From the NCBI GenBank assembly GCA_030648835.1, contig JAUSGT010000001.1:551-64550 (forward strand): a DNA stretch of 64,000 bases, in the 5' to 3' direction. Origin of the DNA: Candidatus Moraniibacteriota bacterium. GTDB taxonomy: Bacteria > Patescibacteriota > Minisyncoccia > Moranbacterales > UBA1568. The notes under the pieces were generated by a model. That model was not told the origin of the DNA. It saw only the letters and a list, made by a program, of their open reading frames with translations, and made no database searches. Both the position numbers and the translations under genes were made by a program. This document shows positions 1 through 9,990 of this stretch, piece after piece (within the stretch, counting starts at the first letter, position 1; each line of letters opens with the position of its first letter).

Positions 1-26
1 GTCTGCGGTTTTGTAATCAAAACAAG
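1..26 (+). other. 3' end of a probable group I intron in 23S rRNA (E. coli position 2593 site)
   Basis: The conserved 23S sequence ...AGAACGU|CGUGAGACAG resumes abruptly at 27. Bases 1-26 are not rRNA-like, form a hairpin (GTTTTG-TAAT-CAAAAC) and end in G, as group I introns do. Confidence 0.7.
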
Positions 27-332
<306 letters not shown>

Positions 333-535
333 TCTTTTTTCTAAGCTTGTTTTACTCTTGTAAGAGAGTAAGGTGAGTGACGGTTAGCAGTGAAGAGTGC
401 TTGCAATGACAGACATATACAATTATTACCAAACGAAGCGAGCGTAGTGAAAGTAAGCTTTCACTATCGAGCGCAGTGCTGGTAAAATCGGGTTAAGTAC
501 CCGTTATTATTAGACAGACAATTTGGAGGGGAGTG

Positions 536-647
536 TTTCCGGTGCCTCTAGCGATAGGGTCACACCTGATCCCATACCGAACTCAGCAGTTAAGCCTATC
601 AGCGCTGATGGTAGCCTTCAGTGGCAAGAGTAAGTCGGTGCCGGGAA
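536..647 (+). rRNA. rrf: 5S rRNA
   Basis: CACCTGATCCCATACCGAACTCAG...GTTAAGC...GCTGATGGTA motifs and terminal helix TTTCCGGTGCC/GGTGCCGGGAA. Confidence 0.93.
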
Positions 648-742
648 CAATCCTCTTCAAAACAATACAAAAACAACCTGCATAAGGCTGTTTTTTGTTT
701 GTGGTATAATGAAAACAATTACGAATTCATTCAGTATTTTCT

Positions 743-1588
743 ATGGCCTTGCCTCGCTTACCCAAACAGTTTGTCATTGCTTTTATTTATCTTTTTTTTG
801 TGGTGCTTTTGGGTGTGCTTGTGTACGTTACTTTTATCAAAGCGCCGGAAACCTGTTTTGATAGTCTAGAGAATCAGAATGAGACCGGTATCGACTGTGG
901 CGGTGTTTGCGCGGCCGTGTGCAAAGAAAACATTGTCGGAGAAGACTTGCAATTTACTGAAGTGGCTTTTGTTCCGGCGGGAGATGGGAAATATGATGTT
1001 TTGGCGAAAGTCTACAACTCCAATGATGTGGAAGGGGCTTCTTCATTCACATACACGGTGACGCTGAAAGACGGCACCGGGAAAGGGATCGCTACGCGCT
1101 CGGGGAAAAATTATATATTGCCACAGGAAAGCAAATACATCTTGGAGCTCAACTTGGAGGCAACCGCGCCAGCCGCGGTGGATTTCGTTGTAGACAGCGT
1201 AGCGTGGGCGCGTCTTTCCGGGTATCAGGAAAAGCCGGCTGTCAATGTCTATCAGAAAAGTTACAGCCAGATTTCTTCCGGCGCCGGTTTCAGTGAGGCC
1301 AAAGGATTGCTCTCCAATCAAAGTCCCTATGACTTCCGTTCGATTATCGTGAGAGTGATACTTCGCGATGCTGCAGGCTCGCCGCTGGCTTTCAACGCGA
1401 CAGAAATTCGTACGGTGCGCGCCAGCGAAGAACGTGATTTCCGTCTGGTGTGGCCCAGCGCTTTTCCCGGGACAGTGGAGAAGGTTGAGATGGAAGTGGA
1501 CGCCGATGTCTATCATTCGGACAACTTTATCCGCCAGTATCTGCCTGGCGGAAAATTTCAGGAATTTACTCCGCCAACAGCCTTTTAA
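743..1588 (+). CDS. Membrane-anchored hypothetical protein with Cys-rich motif and two Ig-like domains
   Basis: N-terminal TM helix, TCFD..QNETGIDCGGVC motif and beta-rich C-terminal part. Confidence 0.75.
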   Translation: MALPRLPKQFVIAFIYLFFVVLLGVLVYVTFIKAPETCFDSLENQNETGIDCGGVCAAVCKENIVGEDLQFTEVAFVPAGDGKYDVLAKVYNSNDVEGASSFTYTVTLKDGTGKGIATRSGKNYILPQESKYILELNLEATAPAAVDFVVDSVAWARLSGYQEKPAVNVYQKSYSQISSGAGFSEAKGLLSNQSPYDFRSIIVRVILRDAAGSPLAFNATEIRTVRASEERDFRLVWPSAFPGTVEKVEMEVDADVYHSDNFIRQYLPGGKFQEFTPPTAF

Positions 1589-1694
1589 GAGAGAATCAAG
1601 AATGGTGAATCGTGAATAAAAGACTCAACAGACATAGCTTTCTTAATTTTCATGATTCTTGATTCCGGATTCGTGATTCTATTTTCTTACCCCC

Positions 1695-2813
1695 ATGTTG
1701 CGGACACTTCTCAAATTTGATTGGATGCTCATCGCGGTGACAGTCCTTCTTTTGGGAGTGAGTCTCCTCACACTTTCCAGTCTCTCCGCGGTAGGCAACG
1801 TGGATTATTTTCTCCGGCAGTCGGTTTTTTCCCTGCTTGGTCTGGGGGTGATGTTGTTTGTCGGTTTTTTGGATTATCGACATATAGAAAAACAGAGCAC
1901 AGCGCTGTATTTTATCACGGCGATTGCTCTTTTCGGTGTGCTTCTTTTTGGGACCACGGTGCGCGGTACGGCAGGCTGGCTTTCTTTTGGTGTGTTTCAA
2001 GTCCAACCGGTGGAAGTCGCCAAGGTGACGCTCATCATCTTTCTTGCCAGCTTCATTTCCAAGAAAAAATCGGAACTTGGCGAATGGACACGGGTTATCG
2101 CGTCGCTCGTCCTTTCTGCGGTACTCATTTTTTTGGTTTTACGGCAACCCGATCTTGGTTCCAGTCTTGTGTTGGCCATTATCTGGGGTGGGATGATATT
2201 CGCATCGGGACTGAGAGCAAAGCATCTTGTCACCTTGTTTCTTCTCGGGACACTGCTTGTTTCCAGCGGTTGGTTTGCCTTGGCGGATTATCAGAAGGAG
2301 CGTATCAATACCTTCATTCATCCGGAATCCGATCCGCGCGGCTCGGGATACAATGTACTTCAGGCGATCGTGGCTGTCGGTTCGGGGGGGATTTCCGGTA
2401 AAGGGATCGGACATGGTTCACAATCTCAACTCAACTTTCTTCCAGAAAAACATACCGATTTCATTTTTGCCGTGATTGCCGAGGAACTCGGGTTGACGGG
2501 AGCCTTCTTTGTCATTGGCCTCTATCTCGTGCTTTTGTATCGGATCAAACGTATTGGTGATACGGCCAGTGACAATTTCGGCTATCTGGTCGCGGTCGGG
2601 GTGTTGGTGATGTTTCTGGCCCATATTGTCATCAATATTGGGATGAACATTGGGTTGCTTCCGGTGACGGGATTGCCGGCGCCGCTCCTCTCCTATGGGG
2701 GAAGCTCGCTTTTCTCAATGCTCTTTTCTCTGGGACTCCTTTTGAGTATTTACCGAAAGAAAAAAGGCAATGAAGACCTGCGTATTTCACTGGAAAAGAC
2801 ATCTATTGACTAA
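1695..2813 (+). CDS. rodA: SEDS-family peptidoglycan polymerase RodA
   Basis: Multi-pass TM protein with QPVEVAK, QPDLG, LPEKHTDFIF and GLPAPLLSYGGSS motifs. Confidence 0.9.
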   Translation: MLRTLLKFDWMLIAVTVLLLGVSLLTLSSLSAVGNVDYFLRQSVFSLLGLGVMLFVGFLDYRHIEKQSTALYFITAIALFGVLLFGTTVRGTAGWLSFGVFQVQPVEVAKVTLIIFLASFISKKKSELGEWTRVIASLVLSAVLIFLVLRQPDLGSSLVLAIIWGGMIFASGLRAKHLVTLFLLGTLLVSSGWFALADYQKERINTFIHPESDPRGSGYNVLQAIVAVGSGGISGKGIGHGSQSQLNFLPEKHTDFIFAVIAEELGLTGAFFVIGLYLVLLYRIKRIGDTASDNFGYLVAVGVLVMFLAHIVINIGMNIGLLPVTGLPAPLLSYGGSSLFSMLFSLGLLLSIYRKKKGNEDLRISLEKTSID

Positions 2814-2850
2814 ATATGATGTATGTTGCATAGTACAATACGTTCGTTGA

Positions 2851-2991
2851 TCCCGCACCTACTTTACCGTTTTCTTCAGTGCGACGCGCGGGCGAATAGC
2901 TCGGTCCTATTCGGACCGGCGTTGCCATTTCAAAGAAGCAAATAGTCTGTAAACATAAGACGTTATTAGTAGCGGTAAAATAGGTGCGGGA
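2851..2991. mobile_element. MITE-like element with TCCCGCACCT terminal inverted repeats
   Basis: TCCCGCACCTACTTTACCG ... CGGTAAAATAGGTGCGGGA (one mismatch), flanked on both sides by TTGA. A related element lies at 15694-15792. Confidence 0.6.
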
Positions 2992-3060
2992 TTGACGGGT
3001 GACACCTTTTTTGTTACACTGAAAAGGCTTTGAAAAAGCTTTTTTTGTTTATCATACCTT

Positions 3061-3285
3061 ATGCGAGCTCTCCTTATAGCGCAGGCAATTGTCGCAATAT
3101 TTCTTGCGGTGTCTATTCTGCTTCAGAATCGCGGGGCTGGGTTGGGGAGCGCTTTTGGGGGTGATTTTGGCGGATATTACACCAAACGTGGTTTGGAAAA
3201 GTTCCTTTTGTATGCATCAGTGGTTCTGGCTATTGTCTTTTTTGTTTTGGCTATTGCCAACGTACGGTTGGCGCTCATAGTGTAG
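3061..3285 (+). CDS. secG: Preprotein translocase subunit SecG
   Basis: Two TM helices, ILLQNRGAGLGSAFGG and KRGLEKFL motifs. Confidence 0.92.
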   Translation: MRALLIAQAIVAIFLAVSILLQNRGAGLGSAFGGDFGGYYTKRGLEKFLLYASVVLAIVFFVLAIANVRLALIV

Positions 3286-3356
3286 TGAGGGTGCTCCTCG
3301 GGAGAGGGGCTAATTCGTAAAGTACGCCTATTCGTATTTTTAACTCCATCACTATT

Positions 3357-5036
3357 TTGAAAGGGCTAAACTGGATCCGTTTATTCCAAGCGATGAGGAC
3401 GAGGGATAAGGTTCTGGTGGCTTTTTTTTCCGGACTTGGCGTTGTTGCGCTTTTATTCTGGCTTTCCGCCTTGTATCTGGTTTCGACTAAAACTGTTCCG
3501 AAAGCGGGAGGTGAATACATCGAGGGGATCGCCGCTCAGCCGCGCTATATCAATCCGGTTCTCTCACAGACAAGCGAGGCAGACGCGGATTTGACGCAGC
3601 TTATTTACAGCGGTCTTTTCGGTTATGACGCATCCGGCAATTTGGTGAAACGAATGGCAGCGGACTGGAGCGTTTCCGGAGATGGGAAGCTGTACACGGT
3701 GACGCTTAGGCCAGGCATCAAGTGGCATGATGGCGAAGAAGTGACCGCGGACGATGTCCTCTATACCACTCAGGTCATTTTGGACCCAAGCTACAAGAGT
3801 CCGCTCAGGGCCATTTGGCAGACGGTGGAGGTGATGACGGTGGATCGCTATACGGTAACCTTCGCGCTCAAGAAACCGTATTTCGGATTTTTGGAAAACC
3901 TGGTATTGGGGATCCTCCCCAAGCATATCTGGGAAAATATCGCTCCGGAGAATTTCCTTTTGGCTGATTACAATCTCGCGCCGATTGGATCGGGTCCGTA
4001 CAGCTTTTTCGATTCCGAGAAAGATTCCAGCGGCAATATGCTCTCCTATGAATTACGCGCTTGGAATGATTATTTCGACGGAGCGCCCTACATTTCAAAA
4101 ATCATCTTTCATTTCTACCCCGACGAGGCGACGCTCATCGATGCCTACAACAGAAAAGAAGTATTGGGCATCAATTCCGTGACGCCGGAAAATCTTTCCC
4201 GGTTGGAAGAACACAAAAGCACCCGTGTCTATGATATCAATGTCCCGCGCATTTTTGCCGTTTTTTTCAATACGACCAAGAATGTCGCGTTGGCTCATGA
4301 CGAAGTGCGTCAGGCCTTGAGTTATGCCACAGACCGAAGCGCGATTATAGAGGAAGTGCTTTCCGGAAAAGGTCAGAGCGCCTATAGCGCGTTTTTGCCT
4401 TTTATGACCGGGTATGCCGCTGATCTCGAAAAACCCACTTTCGATATTGGGAAAGCCAACGCGCTTCTTGAAGACAACGGCTGGAAGCGGGGCGAGGACG
4501 GAGTGCGTTCCAAAAATGGTGACTCTCTGTCTATCGAGTTGACGGTACCCGACTGGCCGGAACTTACTCGGACAGCGGACTTGCTCAAGACGCAGTGGGG
4601 AGAGGCGGGCGCGCGCATCAGCGTGAATGTCCTTGGCGCCGCGGATCTTCAGCAGAATGCCATTCGACCACGCGAATATGAGGCTTTGCTCTTCGGGGAA
4701 GCGGCGATGATTGATTCCGACCCATATTCTTTCTGGCATTCGAGCAATAAGCACGACCCGGGTCTCAATCTGGCCCTTTTTGACAACAAAGATGCCGATG
4801 ATATACTGGCCACGCTGCGCGAGGAATTGGATCCGGAGAAGCTTCGCGAGAAGTACCGTGCGTTTCAGGAGATTCTCTTTGCGGAAAATCCGGCTGTCTT
4901 TCTTTACTCACCGACGTATCTGTATGTCGTGAACAGCACCGTCAAAGGTATCGATGTGCAAAGTGTGGACGCCGCGCCATTTCGCTTGAGCAATGTGAAG
5001 GATTGGTATATCAGTACTCAGCGTGTTCGTAAGTAA
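3357..5036 (+). CDS. ABC transporter peptide-binding protein (family 5, OppA/DppA-like)
   Basis: TM anchor, KWHDGEEVTADDV, PIGSGPY and VRQALSYATDR motifs. Confidence 0.88.
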   Translation: MKGLNWIRLFQAMRTRDKVLVAFFSGLGVVALLFWLSALYLVSTKTVPKAGGEYIEGIAAQPRYINPVLSQTSEADADLTQLIYSGLFGYDASGNLVKRMAADWSVSGDGKLYTVTLRPGIKWHDGEEVTADDVLYTTQVILDPSYKSPLRAIWQTVEVMTVDRYTVTFALKKPYFGFLENLVLGILPKHIWENIAPENFLLADYNLAPIGSGPYSFFDSEKDSSGNMLSYELRAWNDYFDGAPYISKIIFHFYPDEATLIDAYNRKEVLGINSVTPENLSRLEEHKSTRVYDINVPRIFAVFFNTTKNVALAHDEVRQALSYATDRSAIIEEVLSGKGQSAYSAFLPFMTGYAADLEKPTFDIGKANALLEDNGWKRGEDGVRSKNGDSLSIELTVPDWPELTRTADLLKTQWGEAGARISVNVLGAADLQQNAIRPREYEALLFGEAAMIDSDPYSFWHSSNKHDPGLNLALFDNKDADDILATLREELDPEKLREKYRAFQEILFAENPAVFLYSPTYLYVVNSTVKGIDVQSVDAAPFRLSNVKDWYISTQRVRK

Positions 5037-5046
5037 TTTAGAATTC

Positions 5047-5151
5047 TCAGATTTGGCGTATTTCTTTGTTGCAACCTCCAGTGCTCGACGCTGTATCGGA
5101 ATACAGCTTACTCCGCGCTTCAGTTGCGTCGTGAACTACGCTCAAATCTGA
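5047..5151. repeat. Intergenic palindromic (REP-like) element
   Basis: Outer arms TCAGATTTGGCGTA / TACGCTCAAATCTGA with nested stems GCAAC/GTTGC and GCTGTAT/ATACAGC. Confidence 0.55.
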
Positions 5152-5183
5152 AAACTCTAAAAAAATAAAACACTTTTAATCTT

Positions 5184-6212
5184 ATGTTGAATCCAATCGA
5201 CAAGTCCAATCTTCGGCAGATGATTCTCGACAGCCCGGATCAGTTTCGCGTCGGTTTTGAGATTGCCAAAGATATTCGTATTCCGGGCACGTTTCGGTCC
5301 ATTATGATTTCCGGTATGGGAGGGTCGGCGCTTCCGGGGAATCTTTTCCGGATATACCTCAATAATCTTTTCAGACAAGACCGACCGAGTGAACAGCCGC
5401 TCTCCGTGTATCAAAACCGCTCCTACAATCTTCCGCCGGAGAGTTTTCATGAGTGTCTGAATTTTATTTGCTCGTATTCCGGGAATACCGAAGAAACTGT
5501 CGCTTCGTTTGAGGAGGCGCTGAAAAATGATCTACCCTGTATCGCTCTTTCGTCCGGTGGCAAGATCGAAGAGATGGCGCTGGCTCACGGGGTGCCTCAT
5601 GTGAAACTGCCTATTCCGTACGAAAACTTCCAGCCGCGCGTCGGGACGGGCTATTTCTTTGGCACTCTGTTTCAGATACTCGTCAATCAGGGGATGGTGC
5701 CCGATACGACAGGGGATCTTTTGAAAGAAGCGGCGGCACTCAAGCAGCATATGGGGGTTTTGGAAGAACAGGGAAAAGAGCTGGCCCAAAAAATAGCCGG
5801 GAGAACGCCGGTCATCTATACGACAGCCAAATACAAATCGGTAGCCATGGTGTGGAAAATCAAATTCAACGAAAACGCCAAAACGCCGGCTTTTTGGAAT
5901 TTTTTTCCGGAGCTGAATCACAACGAGATGGTTGGCTTCACATTGCCGCAAGGGAAGTTTTTTGTGCTGATGTTTCGTGATGCGGACGCGCATCCACAGA
6001 GCTTCAAACGTTTTGAGATTACGGCAAAATTGTTGCGCGAGAAAGGCGTGGAGGTGGAGGTACTGGATATGCAAGGAGAGGGAGTCTTTGCCAAGATATT
6101 CCTTTGCATCGCGCTCGCCGACTTCACCTCGTATTATCTGGCGCTCCAGTACGGACAAGACCCGACGCCGGTTGATATGGTAGAAAAACTTAAAGGCCTT
6201 CTGGCCGAATGA
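5184..6212 (+). CDS. Bifunctional phosphoglucose/phosphomannose isomerase
   Basis: SIS motifs GMGGS, SYSGNTEET, NENAK and PELNHNE. Confidence 0.92.
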   Translation: MLNPIDKSNLRQMILDSPDQFRVGFEIAKDIRIPGTFRSIMISGMGGSALPGNLFRIYLNNLFRQDRPSEQPLSVYQNRSYNLPPESFHECLNFICSYSGNTEETVASFEEALKNDLPCIALSSGGKIEEMALAHGVPHVKLPIPYENFQPRVGTGYFFGTLFQILVNQGMVPDTTGDLLKEAAALKQHMGVLEEQGKELAQKIAGRTPVIYTTAKYKSVAMVWKIKFNENAKTPAFWNFFPELNHNEMVGFTLPQGKFFVLMFRDADAHPQSFKRFEITAKLLREKGVEVEVLDMQGEGVFAKIFLCIALADFTSYYLALQYGQDPTPVDMVEKLKGLLAE

Positions 6213-6218
6213 AGAAAT

Positions 6219-7250
6219 ATGTATAGCGTCATTCTTTGTGGTGGTTCCGGGACACGGCTGTGGCCAATGAGTCGGAAAAATCTTCCGAAGCAGTTTTTGA
6301 AATTGTACGGTGATCAGTCGCTTTTGCAGGAGACCTATGTGCGCGTGCGGGAATTGCTTCCGATTGAGCATGTTTTTTTTGTGACGAATAAAGAGAATGC
6401 GCAGCATGTTTTGGAGCAGATCCAGGAATCGGAGAAAGAATTTCCGGAGAACCAGGTAATAATCGAACCGGCAGCTCGCAATACCGCTCCCGCGATCGCT
6501 CTTGCGATGAAGTATCTTGTCGAAAAAGTACGGATAGACGAAGCGGAACCGGTTTTATTTCTCCCGTCGGATCATTACATCGGTGGAAAAAACGCCTATC
6601 TCGAAACCGTAAAGAAAGTTCTCGACATAGGAGAGGATTGCATCGGGACGATCGGCATTGTGCCGACGAAAGCGGAAACAGGGTACGGATATATCCGTAA
6701 GGGGGAGAAGCGCCCCGATGGTTCTTTTTCCATACTTGAGTTCAAGGAGAAGCCGGACAAGGCGACCGCGGAAAAATATATTGCGTCGGGGGAATATCTC
6801 TGGAACTCCGGTATGTATTTTTTCAATGCGCGCACGTTTTTTGCCGAGCTCTCACTCCACGCTCCGGAAATAGCCCATTTCTTTGAAGACGGTTTTGAGA
6901 TGCTTCTGACAAAGTATGTTTCCGTTCCGGCAGTGTCTATCGATTACGCCATATCGGAAAAATCGCAGCGTGGTGTTGTATTCGCGGGGGAATTCGGCTG
7001 GAGCGATATCGGATCTTTCGACAGTCTGGCTGACATTATCGGGAATAATCCCGCGGCCCGGCACATCGGCATCGATTCGAAAAATGTCTACACCTATAGT
7101 ACGGAGAATCGTCTGATCGCGACCATCGGTGTGGAAGATCTGATTGTTGTCGAAACCAAGGGGAGCATTCTCATCTGCAAGCGTGGACACGCGGAGGATG
7201 TGCGGAAAGTTGTCGAGAAGCTGAAAGAAAGCGAGCCGGGGGAACTGTAG
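6219..7250 (+). CDS. manC: Mannose-1-phosphate guanylyltransferase
   Basis: ILCGGSGTRLWPMSR..PKQF, EPAARNTAPAI, LPSDH, FKEKP and WSDIGS motifs. Confidence 0.92.
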   Translation: MYSVILCGGSGTRLWPMSRKNLPKQFLKLYGDQSLLQETYVRVRELLPIEHVFFVTNKENAQHVLEQIQESEKEFPENQVIIEPAARNTAPAIALAMKYLVEKVRIDEAEPVLFLPSDHYIGGKNAYLETVKKVLDIGEDCIGTIGIVPTKAETGYGYIRKGEKRPDGSFSILEFKEKPDKATAEKYIASGEYLWNSGMYFFNARTFFAELSLHAPEIAHFFEDGFEMLLTKYVSVPAVSIDYAISEKSQRGVVFAGEFGWSDIGSFDSLADIIGNNPAARHIGIDSKNVYTYSTENRLIATIGVEDLIVVETKGSILICKRGHAEDVRKVVEKLKESEPGEL

Positions 7251-7255
7251 AGGGG

Positions 7256-7284
7256 TTGACAAGGTAATGATGGCGTGCTAGAAT
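7256..7284 (+). promoter_or_regulatory. Sigma70 promoter upstream of tRNA-Leu
   Basis: TTGACA-N17-TAGAAT with extended -10 TG. Confidence 0.6.
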
Positions 7285-7460
7285 GGAGAATCTGAAAACT
7301 TGGACACATTGTTTGAGTTTCGCACCTCTTCTCAAATAGTCATCATGTACGTCGTTTTTTCGCGTACCATAGGGCTTTTTAGCTTTTTCAGATAGGGAAT
7401 CCTAGCACTAGAGCAGAGCTCAGTGCGGGGCAGTCGCGCTAGTTTAACAGTAGTAAATAG

Positions 7461-7544
7461 GCCTTGGTGGTGGAATTGGTAGACACACTAGCTTCAGGTG
7501 CTAGCGGTAGCAATACCATGGGAGTTCGAGTCTCCCCTAAGGCA
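7461..7544 (+). tRNA. tRNA-Leu(CAG)
   Basis: Cloverleaf with anticodon arm CTAGC-TTCAGGT-GCTAG, long variable arm and GTTCGAG T-loop. Confidence 0.95.
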
Positions 7545-7751
7545 CAACGTAGAATAATTTTTTGGGATTATCCCAGAAAGTTCATCTTTCGTCAGGAGCA
7601 GATCTTACAAATCGCTTCAATATAATTCATTTCTGTTGGCGGATAAAAACACCTCAACAGAAAAACTTAATTAATCTTGTAGACAGGTTTTTGCTCGTAG
7701 ACTTTTTGAAGTTTACTTCGGCACAAACAGTTCGAACAAGGAAGTAACAAT

Positions 7752-9938
7752 ATGCAAACGAGCAATTCGTTTCAGAGAAACCGTAGGCCTCAGTCGAGAC
7801 CGGTGGATTCTTTTGGTGGCCGCGCCAATCAAAATAATGCCGGTCAAAATATATCTCGCCAGGCGAAAGCCCCGGCGGGAAGTTCTATCGGTGCCTTCGA
7901 AGGTATCGTCGCACATGCACAGGCGCCCCGCGCAGCTTTCAAAAAATCGGGGGAAGGAAGTGTTCGCCCGGTACAAAAACCAGCCTCGCGTAGCGCAAGT
8001 CTAGGTGGGCCGGTGTCTTCTCAAACCCCGAGAACCGGATTTGGGGTGTCGGCTTCGAATAAACCAAGTCTCGGCGGGTCCGGCGCGTCTTCTCCTCTGG
8101 GGCAGTCAAGTCGTAACCAGCGGTCGGGAGGCTTCAAACGCCAGGGGCCAAAACCAGCAGGGAAAAAGGGCGGGCAGCGGAATCGTCGGTTTGTCCCGGT
8201 AGCCGCTTCGCGCTTCGAGGTCAAATCGAATGGCGAGGTAGTGCCTCCGATCGGAGAAAAAATTCTGCGTATCATTCCGCTCGGCGGGCAGGAAGAAGTG
8301 GGCCGCAATATGACTGTCTTCGAATATGGTAATGATATCGTCATCATCGATATGGGCATGCAGTTCCCCGAAGAAGATATGCCGGGCATCGATTACATCG
8401 TGCCGAATGTCAATTATCTCAAAGGCAAAGAGAAAAATATCCGCGGTGTGGTCTTCACACATGGACACCTCGATCATATCGGGGCGGCTCCGATTCTCCT
8501 CAAAAAATTGAATTACCCGACCATTGTGGGACGTGACTTTACGTTGGCGCTCATTCAGCGCAAGGCGGAAGATTATGACAAGGGTTCATCGAAGCAATTG
8601 AAAATAGTCCGCGTGAAATCGCTCGCCGACCGTATCAAGCTAGGGGTTTTTGAGGTGCGTTTCTTCGAAGTGGAGCATTCGATTATGGATGCCATGGGGG
8701 TCGCGCTCGTGACGCCCAACGGATCCATCATCCACTTGGGCGATTGGATGATCAGCAATGAACCGCTGGTCCCCAAAGACGAAGAAATCAAATACGATCA
8801 CTTGGGAGCTTTGCCACAACCGACCATTCTTATGTTGGAAAGTCTCGGCGCCATCAAGAAGGGCATGCCGCCTTCCGAGACGGAAGTCCACCGCAATTTG
8901 CAGAACTTGATCAAGAGCTCGCCGGGGCGCATTATCATCGGGACGTTCTCCTCACAGGTGCGGCGCATCGCGTATCTTATCGAATACGCGGAACAAGTCG
9001 GCAAGAAAGTGGCTATCGAAGGCTACAGCATGAAAATGAATATCGAAGTAGCCAAAGAACTCGGCTATCTGAAAGCCAAGAACGATACGTTCATCACGGT
9101 AGCGGATATCCACAAATATCCCGATAAGCAGGTCGTGGTGATCTGCACCGGAGCGCAGGGAGAGTCGAACGCGGCCTTGACGCGCATCGTGACGGACAAT
9201 CATCGCTTCATCAAATTGCAGAAGAACGATACCATCGTGTTTTCTTCTTCGGTCATTCCGGGGAACGAACGCACCATCCAGCGCTTGAAGGACAACCTGT
9301 ATCGCAAGTGCGACAATGTCATCCACAGCGAGATTATGGAAATCCATATCGGCGGGCACGGCACCATCTGGGAAATCGAAGAAATCATTCGCCAGGTCAA
9401 GCCGACCTATATCCTGCCGGTGTATGCCAACCACTTTTTCATCGTTGAGGCGGCCAGGATCGCCTATCGTCTGGGATATCCGGAGAAGAATGTTTTTGTG
9501 ATGGACAACGGGCATGTGCTCGAAGTGCCGGAAGAAGACAAAGGCTTGCCGTATCTCTTGAAGGAGAAAGCCGACGCCAGTTACGTCTTTGTCGACGGTC
9601 TCGGTATCGGGGATATCGGGCACGTGGTACTCCGTGATCGCCAGATGCTGGCGCAAGACGGTATGGTGGTCGTTACGGTCATCATCGATTCCAAAACCAA
9701 AAACATTATCGGCAATGTCCAGATCACGTCGCGTGGATTTATCCATGTGAAAGAGAATTTCGATTTGGTGAACGAGACCAAACGCAAAGTGGAAAAAGTG
9801 GTGAAGGACAATACGTCCAGAGGCTCTTCCATCGATTGGGATCAGATTCGCAATCAGATCCGCGAAGGCGTGGGGCAGTTCCTCTTTACCAAGACGGAAC
9901 GTCGGCCTATGGTGCTTCCTGTCGTCATAGAAGTGTAA
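7752..9938 (+). CDS. rnj: Ribonuclease J with ~165-aa low-complexity N-terminal extension
   Basis: IIPLGGQEEVGRNM, THGHLDHIG, CTGAQGE and C-terminal TERRPMVLPVVIEV motifs. Confidence 0.95.
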   Translation: MQTSNSFQRNRRPQSRPVDSFGGRANQNNAGQNISRQAKAPAGSSIGAFEGIVAHAQAPRAAFKKSGEGSVRPVQKPASRSASLGGPVSSQTPRTGFGVSASNKPSLGGSGASSPLGQSSRNQRSGGFKRQGPKPAGKKGGQRNRRFVPVAASRFEVKSNGEVVPPIGEKILRIIPLGGQEEVGRNMTVFEYGNDIVIIDMGMQFPEEDMPGIDYIVPNVNYLKGKEKNIRGVVFTHGHLDHIGAAPILLKKLNYPTIVGRDFTLALIQRKAEDYDKGSSKQLKIVRVKSLADRIKLGVFEVRFFEVEHSIMDAMGVALVTPNGSIIHLGDWMISNEPLVPKDEEIKYDHLGALPQPTILMLESLGAIKKGMPPSETEVHRNLQNLIKSSPGRIIIGTFSSQVRRIAYLIEYAEQVGKKVAIEGYSMKMNIEVAKELGYLKAKNDTFITVADIHKYPDKQVVVICTGAQGESNAALTRIVTDNHRFIKLQKNDTIVFSSSVIPGNERTIQRLKDNLYRKCDNVIHSEIMEIHIGGHGTIWEIEEIIRQVKPTYILPVYANHFFIVEAARIAYRLGYPEKNVFVMDNGHVLEVPEEDKGLPYLLKEKADASYVFVDGLGIGDIGHVVLRDRQMLAQDGMVVVTVIIDSKTKNIIGNVQITSRGFIHVKENFDLVNETKRKVEKVVKDNTSRGSSIDWDQIRNQIREGVGQFLFTKTERRPMVLPVVIEV

Positions 9939-9990
9939 AGGAAACAAAAAAGCTCTCCGAAATGGGGAGCTTTTTGTTGTGTTGTATGTA

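Noticed and set aside
1590-1682. Heptamer-like GAATC/GATTC runs (also near 37915-37945)
   Set aside because: Short degenerate low-complexity inverted runs with no associated gene or evidence of function.
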